A stretch of 64,000 bases of DNA from Candidatus Krumholzibacteriia bacterium. GTDB taxonomy: Bacteria > Krumholzibacteriota > Krumholzibacteriia > LZORAL124-64-63. Made by a program: the position numbers and the translations under genes. The notes under the pieces were generated by a model. It saw only the letters and a list, made by a program, of their open reading frames with translations. It had not been told where the DNA came from and did not search any database. Where the stretch lies: NCBI GenBank assembly GCA_963825035.1, contig CAWGRT010000015.1, forward strand, positions 170,456-234,455, given 5' to 3'. Each line of letters starts with the position of its first letter. Position 1 is the first letter of the stretch. Positions 31,651 through 39,777 of the stretch are shown piece by piece.

Positions 31651-33008
31651 TTACCGTCTTCCTGTTGTCGTGTTCTGCGCCGCAGGAGCCATGGCCGCGA
31701 GGTAGTTGCCCTGGGCCTGCAGCTGCGAGACCATCATCTCCATGGCCGTGAACTTGCGCTCGAGGGTCGACTTGTAGCTGTCGACGCTGCGCTGGTAGCG
31801 GGCGATGGTGTCGTCGGCGTCGTCGATCTTGCGGTTGAGCATGTCGTCGGAGGTCTTGAAGCAGGCCGTCGGTGCTGCTGGTCAGGGTCTTCGACGAGGT
31901 CGTCCAGCTGGGGCATCTTGCCTTCGTTGCCGTCGCGCTCGACGAAGAGGTCGCGGACGCTGCCGAAGTTCGCGCTCAGGGCGTCGGCGAAGTCGTCCTC
32001 GTTGAACTCGAGCTGGCGGCCGTCGCTCGCGGGTGATGCCGACCAGGGAGAAGGTGCTGGATGGAGCCGAGGCCGTTCTCCAGGGAGCGAGGACGAGTGG
32101 TTCTCGATGTGGTGGCCACCGGTGCGCAGCGGTAGGGTTGTCGCGCAGGGTGCCGTCGGCGCCGGTCTGGTTCCTTCACGAAGGAGAAGACGTCGTTGTA
32201 GGCGTTGGTCAGGCCCTTGACGTTGCTCGGCGATGCCCTCGTTGTCCCGGGCGACCTCGACGAAGATGTCCTGGCCGGGGCCGGCGTCGCGCAGGTCAGG
32301 GTCAGGCCGCTGAGGGCGTCCTCGACGATGTTGCTGGTGGCGGTCACCGGCACGTCGTCGATGGTCAGTCTGGGCGTCGCCAGCCGGCGTCGTGGTGGTC
32401 ACGATGGGGGAGATGCCGCCGCTGAGGCCGCTGAAATCGGCGGTGAAGGCGCCGGCGCTGCCGGCTTCGCCGCCGGAGAGCACCAGGCTGTAGCCGCCGG
32501 TGCCGCTGCCGTCGTAGAGGATGGAGGCGCCCACGCCGTCGACGTTGTCGTTGATGAAGTTGGCCAGGCTGTCGAGGCTGGTGTAGCCGGTCAGGGTCAG
32601 GTCGATGGTCTCGCCGCCGACGGTGAAGCTGATGGTGCCCGAGCCCACCGGAGTCGAACTTGGAGTCGTAGCCCTGGGACATGTCCTTCTGGGCGACGGC
32701 GCGGGCGTCCACGTGGACGGTGTAGCTGCCCGGGGCCGCGGTGCTGTCGGCGGTGACCTGGAGCACGTCCTCGTTGCTGGAGGAGGCCTTGTACGCGCTG
32801 AACTCGCCGGCGGTGTCGAGCTTCTGGGCCGCGTCCTGCAGGGCGGTCAGCTTGGACTTGAAGGTGCCCAGGGCGCTGATCTGCGCCTGGTAGTCCTTCT
32901 TGCTGGCCTCGAGCCGGTAGATGGGCTGCTTCTGATCTCCAGCAGCTGGGACACGATGGACTGGGTGTCCAGACCGGTCGCCAGGCCGCCGAACGCGATG
33001 CTGCTCAT
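31651..33008 (-). CDS. fliD: filament cap FliD; frameshifts
   Basis: I.FGGLATGLDTQSIVSQL, GSYTV.V...A.AQ, N.V.DAL.GLTL, L..KFTAME..VSQLQAQ.NYL. Confidence 0.93.
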
Positions 33009-33063
33009 GGGTCGCTCCCTTGGGGTCCGCTGTCCTGAGCCTTCGCCAAGCCGACCAGCTCCG

Positions 33064-33456
33064 TCAGGTCGCCTCGTCGATGAGGATGCCGACCAGATCG
33101 TCCATTTTGCGCTGCCTGGTTTAGCAGTTTTCTCGGGCGGCAACTGCCGGACCACGTCGCCCGTTGGCGTTCTTGATCACGATCACCATCCGGCCGGTGA
33201 GCCTCGTCGTTGCGGAAGGAGACGGAGATGAGGTTGGGGCTGGCCCGGTCGAGTGCCTGCTGGAGGCGGTCGATGGCTTCGCCCACGGCCTTGCGGGTGT
33301 GGTCGGGATCGTAGGCTTCGGGTGTGGCCGGTGGCGGGGCGGAGCCGGATCTGCACCGGCGTTCCGGGGGGGGCCTCGCCGACGGTGGCCGGGCGGGTCA
33401 GCCGGCTGTCCGTGGGCCGGATCTCGGGGGCCTGGACGGCGTTCAGTCGCGGTCAT
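33064..33456 (-). CDS. flaG: FlaG; frameshifts
   Basis: VSF..DE.TGRMVIVIKN..GDVVRQLPPE..L..A.......GILIDEAT; between flagellin and fliD. Confidence 0.8.
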
Positions 33457-33477
33457 GTCGTCACCTCACCGTTGCGG

Positions 33478-33505
33478 CGGGGCCCCGCCCGGTGGCGGGG
33501 CCCCG
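33478..33505. terminator. hairpin after flagellin 1
   Basis: cggggccccgcc-cggt-ggcggggccccg. Confidence 0.6.
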
Positions 33506-33515
33506 TCGTTCCGGA

Positions 33516-34341
33516 CTAACGCAGCAGGGACAGAGCGAGGCCCGAGGTCGTGTTGGCCTGGGCCAGGATCGAGACGCCCGCCTGCTGCAGGATCTGGTTC
33601 GAGGTCATCACCGAAGTCTCCTTGGCGACGTCCACGTCACGGATCCGGCTGTTGGCGGCCGACGAGGTTCTCCGCGGTCATCCCGATGTTGCGGATGGAC
33701 GACTCCAGACGGTTCTGGATGGCACCGAAATCGGCGCGCTTGCTCGACACGTCGTCGATGGCGTCGTCGATCTCGCCGATGGCCGTCTGGGCGTTGGTGG
33801 CCGTATCGACGGCCGTGCCGGTGCCCAGGTTGGCCGAGTCCATGTTGTCGCCCAGGTCGACGGCGACCCGGTCGGTGGCGGCCGAGCCGATGCCCACCTG
33901 GATGTTCACGGTGCCGCCGGTGCCGTCCAGCAGCTTGACGCCGTTGAACTCGGTGGCGTCGCTGATGCGGTCGATCTCCGAGGTCAGCGCGCTGTACTCC
34001 GAGTCCAGGTACGTGCGCTCGCTGTCGCCCAGGGTGCCGTTCAGGGACTGCTCCGCCAGCTCCTTCATGCGGACCAGGATGTTGGAGACCTCGTCCAGCG
34101 CGCCTTCACCCGTCTGCACGAGGGAGACGCCGTCGGCCGCGTTCCGGGACGCCTGGTCCAGGGCCGCGATGTCGGCCTTCAGGCCTTCGCTGATGGCCAG
34201 ACCGGCGGCGTCGTCGCCCGCGCGGTTGATGCGCAGACCGGAGCTCAGCTTCTCCATGCTCTTCTGGAAGCGCGTGGTCGTGTTGTACAGATGCCGCTGG
34301 GTGTTGAGGGAACCGATGTTGGTGTTGATGCGGATACCCAT
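33516..34341 (-). CDS. fliC: flagellin 1 (274 aa once a single extra base near 33662 is removed)
   Basis: [51 protein letters not shown]; near-identical to flagellin 2. Confidence 0.95.
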
Positions 34342-34465
34342 TGCGTTCCTCCCTGAATGGGTCGTTGCCTTCCTGGCTTCCTGTGTGTGGGGGCCATGCC
34401 CTGATTCCGTCCGAGAAGCCTCCTCCGAAAGGTCGTGCGAAGCACAATTGCTCCGGCTTTATGAT

Positions 34466-34492
34466 GTATCGGCATATCCAGGGAATACTTTA
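34466..34492 (-). promoter_or_regulatory. sigma28 promoter of flagellin 1
   Basis: Minus strand TAAA-N15-GCCGATAC with AT-rich upstream element. Confidence 0.85.
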
Positions 34493-34524
34493 CATTTAAA
34501 AACATCTTTTGCACATGGATTTGC

Positions 34525-34563
34525 AAAAAGAAACGGGCCCGCCGCGGATGCGGCGGGCCCGTT
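34525..34563 (-). terminator. intrinsic terminator of flagellin 2
   Basis: aacgggcccgccgc-ggat-gcggcgggcccgtt with TCTTTTT on the minus strand. Confidence 0.85.
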
Positions 34564-34589
34564 CAGCCGATACTCCGAGCCGACTGCGG

Positions 34590-35414
34590 TTACCGCAGCA
34601 GGGACAGAGCGAGGCCCGAGGTCGTGTTGGCCTGGGCCAGGATCGACACGCCCGCCTGCTGCAGGATCTGGTTGGAGGTCATCACCGAAGTCTCCTTGGC
34701 GACGTCCACGTCACGGATCCGGCTGTTGGCGGCCGAGAGGTTCTCCGCGGTCATCCCGATGTTGCGGATGGACGACTCCAGACGGTTCTGGATGGCACCG
34801 AAATCGGCGCGCTTGCTCGACACGTTGTCGATGGCGTCGTCGATCTCGCCGATGGCCGTCTGGGCGTTGGTGGCCGTATCGACGGCCGTGCCGGTGCCCA
34901 GGTTGGCCGAGTCCATGTTGTCGCCCAGGTCGACGGCGACCCGGTCGGTGGCGGCCGAGCCGATGCCCACCTGGATGTTCACGCTGCCGCCGGTGCCGTC
35001 CAGCAGCTTGACGCCGTTGAACTCGGTGGCGTCGCTGATGCGGTCGATCTCCGAGGTCAGCGCGCTGTACTCCGAGTCCAGGTACGTGCGCTCGCTGTCG
35101 CCCAGGGTGCCGTTCAGGGACTGCTCCGCCAGCTCCTTCATGCGGACCAGGATGTTGGAGACCTCGTCCAGCGCGCCTTCACCCGTCTGCACGAGGGAGA
35201 CGCCGTCGGCCGCGTTCCGGGACGCCTGGTCCAGGGCCGCGATGTCGGCCTTCAGGCCTTCGCTGATGGCCAGACCGGCGGCGTCGTCGCCCGCGCGGTT
35301 GATGCGCAGACCGGAGCTCAGCTTCTCCATGCTCTTCTGGAAGCGCATGGTCGTGTTGTACAGATGCCGCTGGGTGTTGAGGGAACCGATGTTGGTGTTG
35401 ATGCGGATACCCAT
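34590..35414 (-). CDS. fliC: flagellin 2 (274 aa)
   Basis: Intact ORF with flagellin N- and C-terminal motifs; GGAGG RBS. Confidence 0.97.
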   Translation of the reverse strand: MGIRINTNIGSLNTQRHLYNTTMRFQKSMEKLSSGLRINRAGDDAAGLAISEGLKADIAALDQASRNAADGVSLVQTGEGALDEVSNILVRMKELAEQSLNGTLGDSERTYLDSEYSALTSEIDRISDATEFNGVKLLDGTGGSVNIQVGIGSAATDRVAVDLGDNMDSANLGTGTAVDTATNAQTAIGEIDDAIDNVSSKRADFGAIQNRLESSIRNIGMTAENLSAANSRIRDVDVAKETSVMTSNQILQQAGVSILAQANTTSGLALSLLR

Positions 35415-35724
35415 TGTTCGTTCCTCCCTGAATGGGTTCGGTCGTGACTGCGCTTCCGTCGGGCTGGGCCCGTGCTCGTCCCTGAGCCGGAAGCCTGCTG
35501 GAACTGCCGCAAGCGGCATCGATCGCGGTCGAGACCGGGATGTCCTGGGGGAGGAAAGCGCCGCGCGGGCGGCGGTGGGGGGTTCCCGGGTCCGGCACGG
35601 GGCCGGGCCGCGGTGAACGCCCTCGGTTCTCCTCCTTGAGAACCCTGGGCTCGTCCGGACCGTCTCCGATGTTCCGTTCCCGGCCGCGGATGTCCCTATC
35701 CGGACCGGGCGGAGACGCGTTACG
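35415..35724 (-). ncRNA. long structured flagellin 5' leader or candidate CsrA-binding RNA
   Basis: 15 GGA trinucleotides; four ANGGAN hexaloop hairpins at 35687-35702, 35625-35644, 35474-35487 and 35421-35432. Confidence 0.5.
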
Positions 35725-35731
35725 GAAGGAA

Positions 35732-35758
35732 TGATCGGCACGCCACGGCGCCGCTTGA
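35732..35758 (-). promoter_or_regulatory. sigma28 promoter about 320 nt upstream of flagellin 2
   Basis: Minus strand TCAA-N15-GCCGATCA. Confidence 0.75.
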
Positions 35759-35797
35759 GCGGAAATCAAGGACATGCTAAAGAAATCTGCGCGGGTG

Positions 35798-35827
35798 CCG
35801 CCGGCGGTCCCGGAGGACCGCCGGCGG
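35798..35827. terminator. hairpin after flagellin 3
   Basis: ccgccggcggtcc-cgga-ggaccgccggcgg. Confidence 0.65.
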
Positions 35828-35865
35828 TATGGCAAGTCGCAGGGCGGAGCGCGTCCGCCGGGCCG

Positions 35866-36717
35866 CTAGCGCTGCAGCAGGGTCAGCGCGAGCTGGGACG
35901 AGGCGTTGGCCTGGGAGAGGATGGACACGCCGGCCTGCTGCAGGATCTGCAGACTGGTCATGTTCGAGGTCTCCAGGGCCACGTCCACGTCACGGATACG
36001 GCTGTTGGCGGCCGAGAGATTCTCCGCCGTCATGCCGATGGAGCGGATGCTGGTCTCCAGGCGGTTCTGGGCCGCACCGAAACCGGCGCGCAGCTGGCTG
36101 ACGGTGCCGGTGGCCGCGTCGATGGTCGCCATCAGGGCGCGGGCCGTGTCGCCGCCGTCGGGGGCCCCGGAGTTGAACAGCGCCGTGCCGGCGAGGTTCA
36201 GCTGGGTCGTGTCCATGGGGCTGGTCAGGTCGATGGACACGGCGCTGGTGGTCACGTCGGTGCCGATGCCCACCTGGACGTCCAGGCTGCCGGCGGTGCC
36301 GTCCAGCAGCTTGATGCCGTTGAACTCGGCGGTGGCGCTGATGCGGTTCACCTCGTTCAGCAGTTCCTGGTACTCCTGGTTCAGGTAGCCCCGCTCCTGG
36401 TCGCCCAGGGTCTCGGTGGCGGCCTGCTCAGCCAGCTCGCGGATGCGGAGCAGGATGTTGTTGACCTCGTCCAGGGAACCCTCGGCCACCTGCACCAGCG
36501 AGATGCCGTCGGCCGCGTTGCGGCTGGCCTGCTGCATGGCGCGGATGTCCGACTTGAGGCTTTCGCTGATGGCCAGGCCGGCGGCGTCGTCGCCCGACCG
36601 GTTGATGCGCATGCCGGAGCTGAGGCGCTCCATGCTCTTCTGGAACTTGGTGACCGTGTTGTAGAGGTTGCGCTGCGCATTCAGCGAGGCAACGTTGGTG
36701 TTGACGCGAAGACCCAT
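35866..36717 (-). CDS. fliC: flagellin 3 (283 aa, divergent paralog)
   Basis: [60 protein letters not shown]. Confidence 0.96.
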   Translation of the reverse strand: MGLRVNTNVASLNAQRNLYNTVTKFQKSMERLSSGMRINRSGDDAAGLAISESLKSDIRAMQQASRNAADGISLVQVAEGSLDEVNNILLRIRELAEQAATETLGDQERGYLNQEYQELLNEVNRISATAEFNGIKLLDGTAGSLDVQVGIGTDVTTSAVSIDLTSPMDTTQLNLAGTALFNSGAPDGGDTARALMATIDAATGTVSQLRAGFGAAQNRLETSIRSIGMTAENLSAANSRIRDVDVALETSNMTSLQILQQAGVSILSQANASSQLALTLLQR

Positions 36718-36884
36718 CGTGTTCCTCCATGTCGGGGGCGCCGGTCCGGCCGCTTTTTCCTGCTGCGACCTCGCGCGTCCGCCTTGCCCTCGTGACTCAT
36801 TGCGACTTGCCGTGGGAACCGGCGGCGCGTTAACGTGGGGCTGCCGCAACGTCCGTTGCCGACCGCCCGCTGCCGGGAGCGACC

Positions 36885-37871
36885 ATGCAGATTGCCATCG
36901 CCACCCCCGCGGACCACGCCGGGTTCCGCGAGCTGGTCAATGCAGAGATCAGGCCAGATCGTGCAAAAACCAATGCGTGGGACGATTTCCCCTTGGTCCT
37001 GGACCCCGCCAACGCCCCCTGGACGCTGGTGGCCCGGGCTCCGGACGGGAGTGTGGCGGCGGGCATCGCCGCGCTAATCAGGGATCACACAACGAGTTTG
37101 GGGACCGTCGGCGTCGCCGGGGTGGGCAGCGTGGTCACGCGCCCGGAATTCCGGGGGCGGGGCCTGAGCTCGGCCTTGCAGGATGCCTTGCTCACGGCGC
37201 TGCGGCGGCAGGATGTGCCGCTGGCGGTGCTCTGGACCGACCAACCGGAAATTTATGCCGGACGAGGATTCACCGCCGCCGGCTGGGAACACCACGTCGA
37301 TCTGCGCCCGGTGCGGTGGCCGGGGGATACCCCGGCGCCATCCATCCGGCCCTACGCCCCGAGCGACGCCGGGGCGGTGGCGGCCCTCTTCGCCCGCCAC
37401 CGGTGGCGGACCGTGCGGCACCCGGGGGACGACGCGCGACTCTACGGCATGCCCGGCACCGCGGGCCTCGTGGCCCGGGACGCCGGCGGCGGGGTGGCCG
37501 CCGCGGTCTTCTGCGGCAAGGGCGCCGACTTCCCCGGCTACGTGACCGAGTGGGACGGGCCCCTGGATCTGGTGTTGCCCCTGCTGGCAGCCGCGCGGGC
37601 ACGGGGCCTGGCCGAGGCGGTGCTGGTGCCCGCGGGGGCCGAGGCCCTGCTGGAACGGCTGGTTCCCCTGGGAGCGACCTGCGCGGCGCAGGCCTCGGGG
37701 CAGTGGTGCGTGGTGCGGCCGGACCTGTTGGCCGCGGCCGCGCGGGCGGCCGGGGTGGACGCGCCGGCCGACCCGGCCGACCCGGCGGCCTGGCTGGGCG
37801 GCGTCGCCGCCGACGGTGCGGTGCGGACCGGGCCCCTGGCGGCCGCCGTCTGGGGGTTCGATTCGGTATGA
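36885..37871 (+). CDS. GNAT family acyltransferase (Eis-like)
   Basis: VGSVVTRPEFRGRGLSSAL acetyl-CoA motif, LW...PEIY...GF. Confidence 0.8.
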   Translation: MQIAIATPADHAGFRELVNAEIRPDRAKTNAWDDFPLVLDPANAPWTLVARAPDGSVAAGIAALIRDHTTSLGTVGVAGVGSVVTRPEFRGRGLSSALQDALLTALRRQDVPLAVLWTDQPEIYAGRGFTAAGWEHHVDLRPVRWPGDTPAPSIRPYAPSDAGAVAALFARHRWRTVRHPGDDARLYGMPGTAGLVARDAGGGVAAAVFCGKGADFPGYVTEWDGPLDLVLPLLAAARARGLAEAVLVPAGAEALLERLVPLGATCAAQASGQWCVVRPDLLAAAARAAGVDAPADPADPAAWLGGVAADGAVRTGPLAAAVWGFDSV

Positions 37872-39004
37872 GGACGCTGCTCAGTCTGGTGATGATCGCC
37901 CGGGGCGCGGCGCAGCTGTTGCCGGATGCGCTGGCCCACCACCGGGATCTGGCCGACGAGCTGATCGTCGGCGACACCGGTGGGGGCGACGGCACCGGCG
38001 ACGCGGCCCGGGCCGCCGGCGCCACCGTCGTGGACGTGCCCTGGACCGACGACTTCGCCGCGGCCCGCAACGCGGCCCAGGCGGCGGCCGGCGGCCGCTG
38101 GATCCTGCTGCTGGACGCGGACGAACGCATCGCCGCGCGGGACTTTCGCCGCCTGCGCGACCTGCTGGCCGCCCCCGACCACGCCTTCGTCCAGGAGGCG
38201 CGCAACTACATGACCGGGCGCACCCACGTGGAGTGGCAGCCGGCGATCGGCCGCTACCCGGAGGAAGAGGACGGCTACCCCGGGTACTTCGTCTCCCGGC
38301 GCATCGGCGTCTTTCCCAACCGGCCGGACATCCGCTTCACCGGGCGCGTGCACGAGACGGTGCTGCCGGCGGTGCAGGCGGTGGGTCTGCCCATCCGACT
38401 GATCGACGTGCCCGTCCACCACTTCGGCTACGTCATGGGCGACGAGGTCAACCGCGCCCGCGCGCGGCGCTACCAGGACCTGGCCCGCCGCAAGGTGGCG
38501 GACGATCCCGACGACCCCGCCGCCCGGCTGGAGTGGGCCACGGCGCTGATCGAGGCGGGGCGAGCCGCGGAGGCGGCGCAGGAGCTGGCCGTGCTGGTGG
38601 CCGCCGACCCCTGGCCGCCGGCGGCGGTGCGGGCCGGGGTGCTGCTGGGCCGCCTGCGGCGCGAGGCGGGCCGGGCCGCGGAGGCCGTCGTCCTGCTGGA
38701 ACAGGCGGCGGCCCGCGATCCCCTCAACCTCTTCGCCTGGCTGGAACTGATCCGCACCCGGGCCGACCAGGGGGCCTGGCCCGAAGTGGCCGGCAGCCTG
38801 GCGGCGGCGCGGGCGGTCCTGCCCGCGGAGAGCCTGCTGCTGGATCGGGAGGAACTGCGCCTGCTGGTGCAGATCGGCCGCCTGCCCGAGGCGACGGCTT
38901 TGGCGCGGCGGCTGGTGACGGTCTGCCCGCAGTGGACCGAGCTGGTGCCGCTGACCGAGCGTTTGGAGAGGATGACCGGGGGCGGCCCGCCGCCGGCGTC
39001 GTGA
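37868..39004 (+). CDS. GT2 glycosyltransferase with TPR repeats
   Basis: LSLVMI.R, ADELIV.DTG, WTDDFAAARN, WIL.LDADE, F.GRVHE, HHFGY, TPR-like helices. Confidence 0.88.
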   Translation: MRTLLSLVMIARGAAQLLPDALAHHRDLADELIVGDTGGGDGTGDAARAAGATVVDVPWTDDFAAARNAAQAAAGGRWILLLDADERIAARDFRRLRDLLAAPDHAFVQEARNYMTGRTHVEWQPAIGRYPEEEDGYPGYFVSRRIGVFPNRPDIRFTGRVHETVLPAVQAVGLPIRLIDVPVHHFGYVMGDEVNRARARRYQDLARRKVADDPDDPAARLEWATALIEAGRAAEAAQELAVLVAADPWPPAAVRAGVLLGRLRREAGRAAEAVVLLEQAAARDPLNLFAWLELIRTRADQGAWPEVAGSLAAARAVLPAESLLLDREELRLLVQIGRLPEATALARRLVTVCPQWTELVPLTERLERMTGGGPPPAS

Positions 39005-39140
39005 ACCGGGGGCGGTGCGCGGCGCATTTCAGGCGGCGGGCGGCAGGATTCATGCCGGTCGCGGCGCCGGCCGACGGTGACGCCGGCGGGGACCGGATTC
39101 CGGGGGCGGACGAATTTGCCGCCCCCAAGGGCTTGAAGAC

Positions 39141-39167
39141 TCAAGTTTTGGCCGGGTGGGACGATAA
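39141..39167 (+). promoter_or_regulatory. sigma28 promoter of flgM
   Basis: TCAA-N15-GACGATAA. Confidence 0.7.
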
Positions 39168-39212
39168 TGCCTGCAACGGCGGCTCCGGCCGCGAACAGGC
39201 CTCCCGGCCGCT

Positions 39213-39227
39213 GGGCACGGCCCTTGC
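39213..39227 (+). promoter_or_regulatory. sigma54 promoter of flgM
   Basis: GGGCACGGCCCTTGC. Confidence 0.7.
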
Positions 39228-39282
39228 CATGATCGTGCAGAATGCGACGACCCGAACGCCCAGGAAGCGAGGCTGAACAGCG

Positions 39283-39645
39283 ATGGCGATGAATCCGATC
39301 AACCACTCTCCGCAGCTGCGCCAAGGTGTCATCGATGCCTTCCAGGGGACCCAGCGCCGGGACCAGGGCGCTGTCGAGGAAGCGGGGGGCGGCAACGGCC
39401 GGCCGGCGGCCAGCCGGGCCCCCACCGACCGCGCGGAGATCTCGGAAACCGCCCACAAGCTGGTGGAACTGCGGCGGGCCCTGGACGGGGGACGCGCCGC
39501 GGCCGCCGAGGAGCCCGACATGCGCGATGACAAGCTGGCCAAGGTGCGCGAGCGCCTGGCCCAAGGCTACTACAACTCGGTCGAGGTGCGGGACAAGGTG
39601 GCCGGCGGGGTCGATCAGGTGATCCAGGGCATGGAGAAACTCTAG
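39283..39645 (+). CDS. flgM: anti-sigma28 factor FlgM
   Basis: D.AEISETA...PDMRDDKLAKVRERLAQGYY. Confidence 0.85.
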   Translation: MAMNPINHSPQLRQGVIDAFQGTQRRDQGAVEEAGGGNGRPAASRAPTDRAEISETAHKLVELRRALDGGRAAAAEEPDMRDDKLAKVRERLAQGYYNSVEVRDKVAGGVDQVIQGMEKL

Positions 39646-39668
39646 ACCTTCAGGGGTTAGGACAGGAA

Positions 39669-39700
39669 GCGGGGCTCCCTCGGGAGCCTCGCTTTTTTGT
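39669..39700 (+). terminator. intrinsic terminator of flgM
   Basis: gcggggctccc-tc-gggagcctcgc-TTTTTTGT. Confidence 0.85.
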
Positions 39701-39728
39701 TGCGTTTGGTGGTAAATATCTTTACAGT
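39700..39728 (+). promoter_or_regulatory. sigma70 promoter of the HK-EBP1 operon with an embedded palindrome
   Basis: TTGCGT-N17-TACAGT; GTAAA-N4-TTTAC at 39712-39725. Confidence 0.6.
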
Positions 39729-39777
39729 TGGGACGCATTGCCCGAAGCGGAACCCATCGCCAAGCAGGTCGAAAGTC

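Noticed and set aside
21784-33456. Programmed frameshifting or mass pseudogenisation of flagellar genes
   Set aside because: The indels lack consistent slippery sites, and also hit non-flagellar genes such as pruA and the RND, so sequencing error is more parsimonious.
35415-35724. c-di-GMP riboswitch in the flagellin leader
   Set aside because: No GEMM-like conserved elements were recognised; the GGA hairpins explain the structure better.
36845-36862. sigma54 promoter for flagellin 3 (minus strand CGGCAACGGACGTTGC)
   Set aside because: The GG-GC spacing is 11 rather than 10; it would only fit if one base is an insertion error.
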